Shown here piece after piece: positions 1 to 12,157 of a stretch of 39,338 nucleotides of DNA. This stretch comes from Rhizaria sp. SCN 62-66 (taxonomy: Eukaryota), in contig MEDY01000060.1 in the NCBI GenBank assembly GCA_001724265.1, forward strand, positions 62,001 to 101,338, written 5' to 3'. A program made the translations under genes and the position numbers. Under the pieces are notes generated by a model, which did not search any database, was not told the DNA's origin, and was given only the letters and a program-made list of their open reading frames with translations. Each line of letters opens with the position of its first letter. Positions within the stretch are counted from its first letter, which is position 1.

Positions 1-286
1 ACACCCAAAACCGTTTTCGTTCCGCATCGTGATTGGAGCTAGCAGTGAGCAGCTTCATTAAAACATATCTACCGAGAGATATACTCGAAATTATAGCGAT
101 ATTTCTTCTGAACCTGGTTATATTTGCAGTACGTCTATTATATCAATTTATTACTCATACACAGACACACGTCTATACGTATTTTCAGCTTCTTTTCGCA
201 CCCAGTCGATTTTGAACTTGATCAAACCCTCCAAAGCCTCCAACAGTCCTGCAGCGCTTCTCGTCTGCGCACCTGACGTCTGCGCG

Positions 287-3200
287 ATGCCCATCACCCC
301 TGCCTTTACTTGGGAGCAGACGGACGACACCGTCAAGGTTGTCATCAAGTCCGTCTCCATCAGCAAGGCCAGTCTCTCTCTCTACGGTACGTTTTTGTAT
401 TTTCAACACACGCTTGCAGTTACTCACTTAGGCCTGCATCCCACATGACATCCCAACCGCGCTCATCGCATGTACCGCTTTGTCTACTGCTTTTGTTGCT
501 TGCGCGCGCAGTCTCTGATGTGTTTGTGAAGCTGAGCTCGCCACCTCTGCTGCTGCAGCTCGACCTCCTCCACCCCGTCGTGCCTTCTCGCTCCCGCGCC
601 GTCGTCGTCCCGGGCGGCGTCGAACTCCACCTCCGGAAGGCCACCACCACGGCAACTACCGGCGCTGATGCCGCGTGGTCCGCGCTGCAGCTGCCTGCGG
701 CGACTCCGGCGCAGGCGCGGTTATAGCGGCGCGCGGCGTCGATCGCTGCCCAGGACGCCGCCGCGGCCGCCGCGCGCGCCGCGGCCGCCGCGCGCGCGTC
801 TGAGCGCAAGGCGGCCGCACGCGAGGCCGACTGGGACCTGGAGGCGCGCATGCGGCTGCTCGGCGAGCGGATCGTCCAAGAGGAGCGCGATGCTGCTGTT
901 GGGGACCTCCTAGCATTGCATCCTCCCACTGCCACTTCTAACAACAACAGTCACAACAAAAACCGTAACAAGCAACTGATGGATGGTGATAGTGCTGCCG
1001 TGAGCGCTGCGAAAGTGGGGCCCGTTGCAGCGGACGCGGCAGATGACAAGCGTGGCGCGACCGCAACCGCATCCGACGCAGCCTCCGTCTCTAGTAGCAC
1101 CCCCTCACCGGCTGCGTCTCCTGCACCTGCGGTCGTTGCGAAGCCTACTGCTGCTGCTGCTGCGACAACTCGCGTTCTGCCGCCGCCGCGCGTTCTGCCG
1201 CCCCCGCGCCGCGCCGCCGGCTCCGCGGCTGCCGCGCCCGTGCTCGTTTCCTTCACCGCGCGCACCGGGCCGTTGGCCCACTTGCCCGCGCGTGAAGCCG
1301 CCGACCGGAAGGCCCTGCTCACGGTCCGTGCTCTCACCCGCGCCCGGCTCCGCGGCGGCCACGGCGGCGGCCAAGGGAGCGCCGGGGGCGGCGCGGTGGG
1401 CGAGGACGGGCTGAGCGAAAGCGAGCGTGTTGCGTGGGCTTACAAAGACAAAGGCGACGCGTTCGCGCGTGAGGGCGCGCTTAAGTCCGCTGTGGAGGCG
1501 TATACGCACGCGCTTGCGCTGGATGGATTCTGCGGGGACGCGCTGGCCAACAGGGCGGCGGCGAGGCTCCGGGCCGCGGCGGAGGCCTGGGGAGCGACGG
1601 CGGGCGCGGTCGCGGTCGAGCTGCCAGCGCCGGTCTACATCGCCGCGCCTGCAGCAGCCTCTGCTCGTGCGGCTGTGTCCGCATCTGGTGACGGGGAGCA
1701 GCAGCAGCATCAGCAGCAGCAGGATGACAAGAAGTCTCAGAACGACGACAATGAAGAAGAGGAGGAGGAAGAGCATTTTGATAGCGCCACTGCCTCCACC
1801 ACTACCACTGTTGATCCCGAGCCTAAACCGGAGTCTGAGCCTGAGTCTGCGCAAGTAGGTGAGGAGGATTTCATGGCGCTGCTTGCGCTGCCGTCCCCTG
1901 TCAAGCCCTCCGCGCCCGCACCGATGCCCACGGTCGCCGCGCCTCTCGCCTGTCGCCCCGCTCTTGCGGCCGCGGCGGCGCATTTGGCCGGCGCAACTGC
2001 CGGTGGCGCGGCTGCCAACTCTGGTGCGGCTGCAGCGGCGCTTGCTGCGGCGGCGGCGGACACGGCGGCCGCGGTGGGCGCCGCGCGTGGTGAGCTGCGG
2101 CTATGTGTTGCCGACTGTACGCGTGCTCTGCGGATGACGCGCGAGGGCCTCCACGTGCCCATGCGCAAGGTACGAACAACGTAGTGCAAAAAAAACAATA
2201 TATTATATTATATAATCTAACTTAATTTAACTTCATTGACCTTACTCACACTTTTGTTGTTGATGATACTGTTTTTGTTGTTGTTTTCTTTGATTTTGTG
2301 CAGATTCACTTCACGGTGAAGCTGCTGACTCGTCGCGCGCAGGCGCTCGCGCTCTTGGGCCAGCCCGCCGCCGGTGCCGCCGACGCCCGTCTCGCGACTC
2401 AGCTGCTGCCGGCCCTGCGCACCGAGGCCGCAGCCCACGACGCGCAGTTAGCGCGCATCGCGGCGGACCTCGCGCCCGCGGACAGTGCTGACGCCGCCTC
2501 CACTGCCGCGGCGACACCGACCAGCGCGCTCGTGACGCCCGCCACCGCCGCCGCCGCCGCTGCCACTGCTGTGGTGGCTGTTACTCCCACGACTGCCGCG
2601 GCGTCCGCGTCCGCTGCTGCGTCCGCGGCTGCTGCGTCGGTGGCTGCTGTGGCGGCTCCCGGCGTGACCGCCGCTGCCGCCGAGGCCGAGGCCGCCGCGG
2701 TGCTCCGCCTGTCCGCGGATTTGACTCGCCGCGGTGCGCTCTTATCCCGCTGCGCACCGGCCGCGGACGCCGCGGTGGCCGCCGCCGCTGCTGTGGCGCG
2801 GATGCTGCGGCGCGCGCTGGCGCAATCCGGCACTCTCGGCGCCAGGGCACTCGGCGCCACTGTGCGCGTGCGTGCGCCGCTGCGCTGGCTCCAGTCCGCG
2901 GGCCTCATCCCCGCTGCCACAGTAAGTACAGGCAACGGCGACGCACAGGAACCGGAGGTTGCTGACGGTGGCGATGACTGTGATGATGATGATTTCCGCA
3001 TCGATGTGGGTGCGCTGTGTGCTTCGGCGGCGGTGCTCTGCCCTTCCTCTGCCCCCTTAACTGCACGTTTGACTTGCGGGACCGCGACTGCGAACGCACG
3101 TGTGACAGCGAGCGCCGACGTGGCATTTACTCGTCTAGTTGCGTGGGCGCTGCGTGCGCTGTCAGTCGTGCTCACAGTCACCCCTGCACACGCGCGCGCG

Positions 3201-5389
3201 CTCTCACAGCGGGCTACGTTGTTGCACACCGTCGGTGCCGCCGCCGCCGCCGCAGCGGCGGGCAAACAGCCCGCCCAGCGCGCAGCCCTCACTAAGCTGT
3301 ACGTGTAACTATTAAAAAAACACGATCGCTGTTTATCCATGCTAATTTATTTCTAAGTTGAATATATCTAATCTTACTCTCATATCTCTACCTCACTCTT
3401 ATTTCTTTTCAATTCACTTCACAGTGCGTTGACGATGTGGTGCGCTGCGGCGGCGGACGCTTCCGCCGCACTCGCTCTGGTGGCTGACGCGCCTAGCGCC
3501 GCGCGTCGCGTGCGCGTGCCGCGCTCTGCACTGGCGCCCGCCGCGGATGCTGCGTCGGGCGTGACGCAGCCCAATAGCGACGACGATGAGCGCGATGAGT
3601 TCAACTCGTACGTCCTTCTCTATGCTCGACAAAGCGTGACATGCGACGCGTAATTGACTTGACTGCTATCAAACTGCTGGTGTGTTTTGGTGCTATGTTC
3701 ACTCGATCGAATTATCATAGATCAAACTTGTTTCTGAACGGTATTCACATGTCTTTGTCAATTTTGTGTTCTTCTATTTCTGTTTTTGCGCCGCTCAACA
3801 GTGAGCAGCTGGGCAAGGGCTCCGCCATGGACGGCATGAACACCAACGGCGGCTCCGCCTCCTCCGGTCTTTCATCTGCCCTGACCACCGCTGCGGTCTC
3901 CGGTCCCACAGCGGGCGCGGTCGCCGTCCCCGCCACCGACGCCGACGCCGCCGCCGCCCAAGCCGAGGTCGACAAGATCATCTCCGACGCCGCCGCGCGC
4001 TCCCCCGGCTCTGCGGGCGCGGGCGGCGCGGGCGGCGTCTGGCGCACCGCGGCCGAGCGCGAGGCCGCCGCGGCACAGGACTCAGCCGCGCTGGCGGCGG
4101 CGCGGTCGTTTGAGCCTCTTGAGCGCCAGAGGCTGCATCTCACGGCGCCCGCGGCCGCGCCCTGGCTCGTGGCAGCGCTCGCTGCGCCCGCCGTCACCGC
4201 GGTCGCCGCTGCAGTATCAGGTCAGAATCAGAGCCACAGTGCGACTGCGGCGACTTCGGCCGCGACAGCGGCTGTTGTGGCTGCGGTGCGCAGCGCCGGC
4301 GTCCGCGCCGCCGCAGTCGAGGCGCTGCCGCCCCGTACGGCCGCCATCGCCGCGGCGACGGCCGCGCGCGCCGCCGCTCTGTGGGCGATTGGCGAGACCC
4401 TGGCCCACGCCTCCTCCGGCTCCTCCGCGGCCGCCGTCGCCGCGGCCGGCGCTGGCGCTGGCGCCGGCGTGGGCTTAGCCGAGGGGCTCGCGGCCGTGTC
4501 GGCTGCGGTCCGTGGCGACCTGGCCGCTTTACCGGGGCTTTTGTCGGCCGCGGCGGGCAGCGCGCCGGCGGACCGCGAGCTCGCCGCCGCTGCGGCCACG
4601 GCGGCCGCGGCGGTGACCGCGACCCCGCCCGCGCCCGTGCCCGCCGCGGCCGCGCTCGTGCTGTTGCGCGGCGCTGCGGCAGCTGCTGCGTGCGCCACGG
4701 CGTCGTGGGCCGTTGAGGAAGCCGCGGCGGTGGCGCACGCAAGCGCGCTGGAGAGGCTGCTGGGGCAGGCGCAGCGAGCGCACGCCGCCGGGGCGTTTGG
4801 GAAGGCGACGGAGGCGTGGGGCGCGGTGATAGAGAAGATCACCGCCGCTGCTAACAGCAGTTCTAGCGCAAGCAGCACTTCCAGTAGCAATAGCTCTGCG
4901 GGCGTCGATGTGGCTGCGCTGGCGTTGACTTGGGCGAACCGCGCCGCGTCGCTGTTGCGGGCTGGAAAGGCGCGGGAGGCCGTTGTTGACTGCTCGCGCG
5001 CCGCGGACGCTCTTCGCGATCAACTCACCCTTCGTCAAAACATCAATAATGCCAGCGCACCCTCAAACACTCACACAAGCACGAGTAGGGCGAATAGTGC
5101 GGTGAATCGTGCGGTGCTTGAGCGGGCGTTGGTGGCCGTGCTGGCCCGTCGCGCCGCGGCTCGCATGCGCGTGGCACTCCCCGCAACCGCCGCGGCGACC
5201 CCGGCCGCGGCCGCCGCGCTGGTGGCCGCGACTGCCGCGGCGGCGGCGGCGGACTTGCGCGAGGCGTGCGCCGTGGCGGAGGAGTCTGGAGCCGTGGGTG
5301 ACCGGGAGCGTTTGGCACTGATGCAAGACCTCAAGCGGCTGCAGGACGCCACCGCCGCGGCGGGCACCGCGCAAAGGGCCGATGCGTGA
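287..5389 (+). CDS. DNAAF4: DNAAF4/DYX1C1/PF23-like dynein axonemal assembly factor (N-terminal CS/p23 domain, coiled coil, multiple TPR repeats); exons 287-386, 512-2169, 2304-3298, 3425-3607, 3802-5389; about 1507 aa with one internal TAG at 724-726
   Basis: Spliced N-terminus MPITPAFTWEQTDDTVKVVIKSVSISKASLSLY|VSDVFVKLSSPPLLLQLDLLHPV resembles the DYX1C1 CS domain. It is followed by a charged helix (RRAASI...ERIVQEERD) and TPR motifs (YKDKGDAFAREGALKSAVEAYTHAL...ANRAAARL; VKLLTRRAQAL; TWANRAASLLRAGKAREAVVDCSRA). Four GT-AG introns join the exons in matching phases (1,0,2,2). Total 4524 nt, divisible by 3; ends in TGA. Confidence 0.8.
387..511 (+). other. Spliceosomal intron 1 of the DNAAF4-like gene (125 nt, phase 1)
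   Basis: GTACGT donor, GCAG acceptor; splicing joins two frames into a continuous CS domain. Confidence 0.85.
2170..2303 (+). other. Intron 2 of the DNAAF4-like gene (134 nt, phase 0)
   Basis: GTACGA donor, AT-rich body, T-rich tract then GCAG; the flanking GC-rich ORFs join in frame. Confidence 0.85.
3299..3424 (+). other. Intron 3 of the DNAAF4-like gene (126 nt, phase 2)
   Basis: GTACGT donor, AT-rich body, pyrimidine tract then ACAG; phase matches the 3429-3653 ORF frame. Confidence 0.8.
3608..3801 (+). other. Intron 4 of the DNAAF4-like gene (194 nt, phase 2)
   Basis: GTACGT donor, ACAG acceptor; phase matches the 3641-5389 ORF frame. Confidence 0.8.
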
Positions 5390-6960
5390 GAGCACGGCTT
5401 AACATACGCGGGCTTCGGCGTGTGTGACTGTGCTAATTGTCGCTAGTGATGAGCATGCGCTGCATATGCATTCATTCGCGTCATCGTGCGGACTCGGGCG
5501 GTGTGTTTCCGCCTTATAATTGAGGTGAAACTGTTTTGGATCTGGAACAAAGTGGAAACGATTGCGGAAGCAGGTATTCTACACATTTTTTAGTCGTGGA
5601 GGGTGTAGTGCCGACCGGATGTTAACCAACATAGTGCCGCAACAGCTTGTTTCGCGATCACTTGCACACAGACTCACCGTGTTTACTTCAAACCGTTCGT
5701 GTATGTTTTATGATACTATAGTTGAGTCGCGCACCCGTAGCTCCACTTGAAGAAGCATTTTATTGTAATGTCACCTCAATGACGACGTCGATCAGACCAC
5801 GCAGTCATGGAGGGCGAATTCGCGTACAAGCCGTTATTAATAGATTTCGTACGCTAATTGATTTAATTGCTTCATTATGGCGTTTTTCTTGAGTTGGTTA
5901 AGCTTGTTTTTGGTTTACATTTGATTAGCCAGCTATATTCCCGCTTTTCATATCGTTCTGTGGTTTCCACCACAAACGGATTCCTCCTTGCGTGCTGTTT
6001 GCATCACGAAGGATATACTCCTTACTTCAACATGCTAATAGATATCAAACCATGTTTATCGTTAAAACGCGTTTTGTTTTATTGCAAAACATTTTATATA
6101 AAACAAAAGAAAGTTATTTCATAGAAGTATCGTCGATGATCCGCTCGGCCATTGTCCCCTTGCACTTCGGACCGAAAAATGACCGAGCGTGGCGACCTGC
6201 GTCCGTCGCCAGTTGGGTGGGGTGGCGTCAAAAGCACGACGGCGCCCCGGAGGTTTTTGGCCATTGCACTGTGCTTATGTATCGCTTAATCCGTGCATTT
6301 TTGCGGTAGGAGGGTGACTATTATTAGCACTTCTTTTTATCGACACCAATATTTCCCGTGGGGAGCGGGTGTGAAGACGGCACTGGGTCATTTCCTTTTG
6401 GCGAGACATGGCCCTCCCTACACCCCCCTCCCTCGCTTTCATTTGTTTGCCTCTTCTCCAGCGCCAATCGGCCACCAGTTGTTCTATGTTTATTTGTTTC
6501 ACCGCATTTTCTTGCGTTGTCCTCTATCCAAGTGTTAAGTGTTTGAGTTGCGCTTGTTAGTATGCCTTTTTTACCTTCTTTTCTCTCACCGCAACTCCAC
6601 CGACTCTCCCCTTTTGACCCTCTTGCTCCGCGTCCCCGATGAAGCCCCAAACACACCCCGACCTGGACGAGAGATCGTTGTCGTGGTATATTGGGTTGGC
6701 TTCTATCTTTTTTTCGTGCTGCTTTCGCTTCGAATTGCGGCCAGTGTCCGAGTTGAGGTCTTCTTCCTCTTTCCACGTGACACACCCCTCCAACTCTATT
6801 AGCTGCGCTTCTGACTCGGTTTTTGCCTCCGGGTTCACTTCGTTTGCCGTTTCCCGCTCTCCCGAGCTTATCTTTCTGCGCAATGCGTTCGTCCATAGGC
6901 GTTGCTCCAGCGTCTTCCGCGTCTTTTTCTGCTGTAGCTCACCGTTCATCATCTCGTCCG

Positions 6961-8523
6961 ATGGCCCAGCAACCGCAAACCCCGTCTAGTAGCGGCAACT
7001 TGTCTTTCGCCGCCTTCAAGGGCCTGTCCTCGCTTGCTCCCGCGTCGGCCCTCTCCGGCTTGTTCCTCTACCCCGGAGCCGCCTCCACATCGGCCGCCGT
7101 GCACTCCTCCGACGCGGGTTCCGTCTTGTCTTCACTCATGATGGCGAAACACGAAGCCTCCTCCGCGTCTCTGTCACGCCCTGTCATCAACGGCGCCTAC
7201 TCCGCGCCCGTCCACGCGCCCACCCTCGTCCTCCCGTCGGGGCCCGCGGCGCCCTCGACCCTCGCGCTGACTTCCCCCGTCCCCACAGGCGGCGCCGCCG
7301 GTCTCAGCCTCGTCATGGGCATCTCCGGTGGTCACATCTCCACGCTTGCGCGCAACATGGGGCTCCCGCTTGGTGTCATGGGCTCTGGACTCGGTCAGCT
7401 TGGCGCCGTCGCCCCCGCCGCGCCCCTTAGCACCGGCGCGGGCACAGGCGCAGGCATGGGGGCTCGTAGTGTTGCACCTGCCGTCGCGCCGCGTGTTGGC
7501 GCTTCGCTGGTCACGAGTACCGGCATGGGTTCCGCCGCGACCGTGGGCGGCACGGGTACCTCCCCCGCGTCCGCGCATCTCCTCCGCGGCTCCGCGGCCG
7601 CCGCTGCTGCTGCCGCTGCCTCTGTGTCGGCCGCCGCTGCCGCCGCGTTGCGCGGGCCTGTCTCGCCCGTCCCCAGCGCAACCGCGGCGTCTACTTCGTC
7701 AGCATCGACGTCGGCGTCGTCGCAGTTCAGCGACGCCGCGGCCGCGGTTGAGCACCTCGCCAAGAAGGCCCGTCTCGCGCCCGTGCTTGCCAACAGCGTC
7801 AACGCTACGACAGCGTCGTCTGGGCTGTCCCTTGCGACGACTGTGCCGTCGCCGGTCGACATGGCAAGTGCCACTCCGTCGCCCACCGCGTCCTCGCTCG
7901 CCGCCAATGCCTCGACCAACAGCGCTGCCGCTGCGTCTACACTTGCCACGAAGCCCGGCAACGCGTTCAGTTTCAACAACAACAGCAACAGTAATAATAG
8001 TCTCATCAGCGGTTTGAACAACGCGAGTCCCGACACGATCGCAAACCTCATCTCAATCCTCTGTGCCGCCCACAACCAGCCCAACGCTGGTTTACCCGCC
8101 ATGTCGGGGCTCAACGCCTTCGCACCCCCGGCGTCGAGCGCGCTGGCGGCCGCGCCGCTACAGGTCACGGGCTCGCCGGCGGCGCTGCTGACGGGCGCTG
8201 ATCTCGATGCGCTGACGAAGCTTGTCGAGTACCGAGTTCCGGAGCCCGGCAACCAGCAGCAGACGCAGCACTCGACTCCCTTACAGCAACAGCAACTGCA
8301 GCAGCAGTCGAATCAGCTGTTGAGCATGCTGCAGCAGCAGCAGGCGCAGCACCAGCAGCAGCAGCTCTACGTGCAGCAGCAGACGCAGCAACACCAGCAG
8401 CTCATGGCAGTGTACAACAACAAGACGCAGCTCAACAACAGCAACAGCAACGGCATCAAGGCGCAGCTGAGCAACCAACAGCAACAGCAGCTGCTTCAGC
8501 TCCAGCTCCAGACCGCTCAGGCT

Positions 8524-8563
<40 letters not shown>

Positions 8564-9046
8564 CTAAGAACGCCGCCGCTCTGGCCGCGGCACACCGCCG
8601 CGTCAACACCGCCGCCGCAAATGCCAACGCCGCAGCCGCAGCCGCCGCCGCGGCCGTTGCCGCGCCGTCCGGCTCCTCCCAGCCGTCGCCAGTGCCTTCC
8701 TCCAGTCAAAACTCGGCGCTGGCGCTGTCTCTGGCACCGGCGACGCTCGGCCAGGCCAACGCACTCGCCGTCGTCGCCGCCGCCGCCGCTGCCGCTGCCG
8801 CTCAAGCCCAGGCGCAGGCTCAAGCGGCGCGGCAGGAGGCGCGGGTTGAGTCGCGCAAGCGCACCCGCCCTTCCGCCGGACCCTCTGCCATCGACAGCGC
8901 TGTCGCCGCTGCGGCTGGGACCGGTGCGGAGACTTACGACAGCGACACCGCGGCGGCCGTGGCCGCCGTCGCGGCCGCCGCTGCGTCGGCAAACGCGGCG
9001 ATGGCTGCCGTGGCGAATGAGGCTGCGGCCAACGTCCTGGCGGCCT

Positions 9047-9105
<59 letters not shown>

Positions 9106-9981
9106 CAGCCGGTGGCCAAGAGCCGCGGCGGTCGCAAGCCTAGCGCCGCCAATGCCACTGCCGCCGCCGCTGCCGCCGCCGCTGCTGTCGCAGCTGCTGC
9201 TGAGGCGGGCCGCTACGAGTCAGAGCATCACCACGCTCTGCCGGGCAGCAACACCGGTGAGTTCGACAGCAGCGCTGACGGCGGCGACGACGACGACTCC
9301 TCAGCCCCCGCTGCTACCCAGACGGCTGCTGCGGCGGCGACGGCGAGCGCGGGTCTGCCGCCTAACTCGCGCCGGTCGTGCCCCGTCTGCTTCAAGACGT
9401 TCCGCGACGCGTACTACACGGCGCGCCACATGCTGACGCACTCCAAGGTGCGCGATTGGCAGTGTGCGCTGTGCCACTTCGCCTTTTCGCAGCCCGGTCA
9501 TCTCTCGCGCCACCTCAAGGCGATCCACCCGGCCGATTGCCGCGCCGCGTGTGGGGCGTGCGGCGGCAGCTTTGCGCTCCAGGGCGCGCTGCTGCAGGAG
9601 AAGGTCGTGCCCTGCGCCCACTGCACGCAGCCGTGCTCAGTTCACGCCGCGCTGCTCAAGTTCAACGAAGGGCTTGCGGCGGCCGCCAGGGACGGCGCTG
9701 TGGCCCCGTCACAGGCACAGGTGCAGCAGGCAGAGGCGCAGGCGCAGGCGCAGCAGCTCGCCAACGTGCAGGCGCAGATGCAGGTCGCCCAGGCGCAGGC
9801 ACAGGCGCAGGCACAGGCGCAGGCGCAGGCGTTACAGGCGCAGATGCAGGCACTCACGCAGCCCTCTGCCCACAGTCACTCGCGCGCGCAAGACGCCATG
9901 TCCGCTGCCGTGGCCGCGGCGACGGCGGTGTGGGCCGCGCGCGGGCCCGCGGGCAACGGCGTTGATTCTGACGCGCAGTAA
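6961..9981 (+). CDS. C2H2 zinc-finger protein (putative transcription factor) with poly-Q and poly-A tracts, about 1006 aa; start uncertain (an upstream in-frame ATG lies near 6883)
   Basis: Single long GC-rich ORF. Two tandem C2H2 fingers at 9379-9528 (CPVCFKTFRDAYYTARHMLTH-SKVRDWQ-CALCHFAFSQPGHLSRHLKAIH), basic patches (SRKRTRP, KSRGGRKP) and Q-rich segments; ends in TAA. Confidence 0.8.
9049..9108 (+). repeat. CAG/CAA trinucleotide repeat encoding Q20 in the zinc-finger protein
   Basis: Visible run of 20 CAG/CAA codons; a second shorter run lies near 8524-8562. Confidence 0.95.
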
Positions 9982-10155
9982 GTAAGCAGCCAGCAACAAA
10001 CAGCAAACTGGAAGCGAGAAGTGGGAACGTGCTGTTGTTGTTGCTGCTGCGTGCATGCGCCCGTGTTGTTGATGTTGTTGTTTTTTTATCCGTAATTTGT
10101 CTTCTCTCATCTCGTTCGTTCGATACTTTCTGTAACCAAACAATAGGTATAATTT

Positions 10156-10158
<3 letters not shown>

Positions 10159-10192
<34 letters not shown>
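10159..10192. repeat. (CT)17 microsatellite
   Basis: Perfect dinucleotide repeat in the presumed 3' UTR of the zinc-finger gene. Confidence 0.95.
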
Positions 10193-10199
<7 letters not shown>

Positions 10200-12157
10200 C
10201 TGAAGTGATTTGTTACCCGCCGACCCCCTTCCTTCTTTCTGTCTCAAGAACAACAATCAGACATGTCCACCAATCTTCTCTTCACCACCCTCTATTCCCC
10301 TCTTACACTTAGTACACACACATATATATATTTACGCCACGCCGACTTCAATGTTTCAATTTTAACTTTGTTTCTTGCTCTTTCTTTGCGACTGTTCCGC
10401 AGTCTCTTCTTCTTGTTTCTGTCAAGTCATGTGTCCGCGCTCTCGCCTAGATGCATGTTCCTTGTCTAAATTTTCAAAAAAAATAATTACTTTCGTCACG
10501 TTCTTGTCTAGTCTTACTTGAATGTTTGTTACTTTTCGCTGCACTGCGCCAGCAATACTCCGGTCATCGTTGGCTGCAACTTCCCACTACTGTTTATATT
10601 ATGCTGTTTATCTTGATGTTTATTTGATTGCGACCGTCTATATATTGCGTTTGTTTTTCTGTTTTTGGGATTGGTTTTCTCCGACATTTTCGTTGCTCTT
10701 CCTGACCTTTGCGCTCTGACCGCGTCGTATCTCCGTACGTTCTGTGCTGTGTTCTGTGCGGTTGCTGTGTTAAGCTCCACATGTCGAACCGCGCTACGCT
10801 GTCACTCCTGCATACGGACACGCCGCGGCGGACTCTGCAATTGTGCGTCGGGAATGATGCTCGATGCCGTGTGTTTGTACCTCCCATATTCCGTGCTGTG
10901 CTCATTCTGATTGGCTGGCGCCCCCCCTCTCTCTCTTCTGACGTTCTCTAGTGTGTTGTCTATGTATGATTGTCTTGTTTGCTTGTGTCACTTCCACTGT
11001 TTCTCTTTCTTTTTAGTTTTCTGAGCTTGTTTCGTAATACTTTGTTTTCTTTTCACCTGGCCGTGCAGCGCTTTGTCGCCGCTTGCTCCATTCCAACAAG
11101 CCTCGTTTTTATGCATTGCCCACAATCGCCGCGTCCACACACACCAAACACAATGTACATTTTTCCGTTTAAATAGTGTCTGTGTGTGACGGCGCGACGA
11201 TGCTGAAACTTTAGTCGCTCGGCTGAGAGCTGACCCGAAAGCTGTGGCTGTGCAGTTATGCACATGTGCGCGTTGCAGTGGTCAACGTACGCTGGAGGCG
11301 GTCTCGATCCAACTCCTCGCTTCGACACATCACGCGCTCGCGTTCTGTATAACTCTAACACCGTCGATCTTGCCCAATTCACTTGTTTCTGTTCAGAGTA
11401 CAATTGCTTGGCATGATCGGAAACGTTGCCTAGTATTACTATCATTATAATTTTATAATTATTTCGTTGTTACATAATCAATCTGATGGCATTCTTTCTG
11501 TAATAAACAATTACTATCTATTGTTCCAAGCTTCGTTGTCAGTGACTGCAGTCGCATTACAGGAGCTACATTATTTGTTTTACGGGACTTCATGGCAGGC
11601 GTCAGCTTTTGTGGACATTTATGTTTGTATTGATAGTCTTGCTTCATAAATAAGAAGCAACAAACTAAACATATTAAACCGCGCAAAGTGGTGGCGGATT
11701 GAAACAAAACAAAATGGAGGGGGAAAAAATGAACATATGAACGAACCAGCACACACAATGCGTGGGTGCGGCAACATGCCGCATTAGGTAAATAAAGGAA
11801 TACAATAAGCAGGTAAACTAGAGTAACAGGTGACAAGCCGAGAAAAAAAAAGTTGTCTTTCGTGTTCTCTCAAAAGAGAACGGTTCACGAAAAGCTAACC
11901 AAAGAGCAGAACAAATTGTGTGTTACTTTTCGTAACAGCACACAGCACTTGGACTAAGAGCGCATCACAAAAACAAATCCTTCACAGACTGACTAACAGA
12001 CTGATTAGCTGCACATCACAGACGAAGCGTTGGCTGAGTAGCTAAACATCTCAGCAACAACCTAACACTGCACAGCACAAGCAAGCAAGCACATTGCATC
12101 CGTCGTACTACATGATGTTTAACAATTGCGTGTCGGGGATAACGGCGTTTGGGACGC

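Noticed and set aside
2182-2184. TAG ending ORF 850-2184, also TAG ending ORF 32159-34261, as true TAG terminators
   Set aside because: The first lies inside intron 2 of DNAAF4. The second is in a different frame from the spliced DUSP12-like exon 2. Neither ends a real protein.
5992-6546. ORFs 5992-6309 and 6358-6546 merge into about 185 codons if TAG is read as sense
   Set aside because: AT-rich, lacking the genome's codon bias and any recognisable motif; most likely promoter or UTR sequence.
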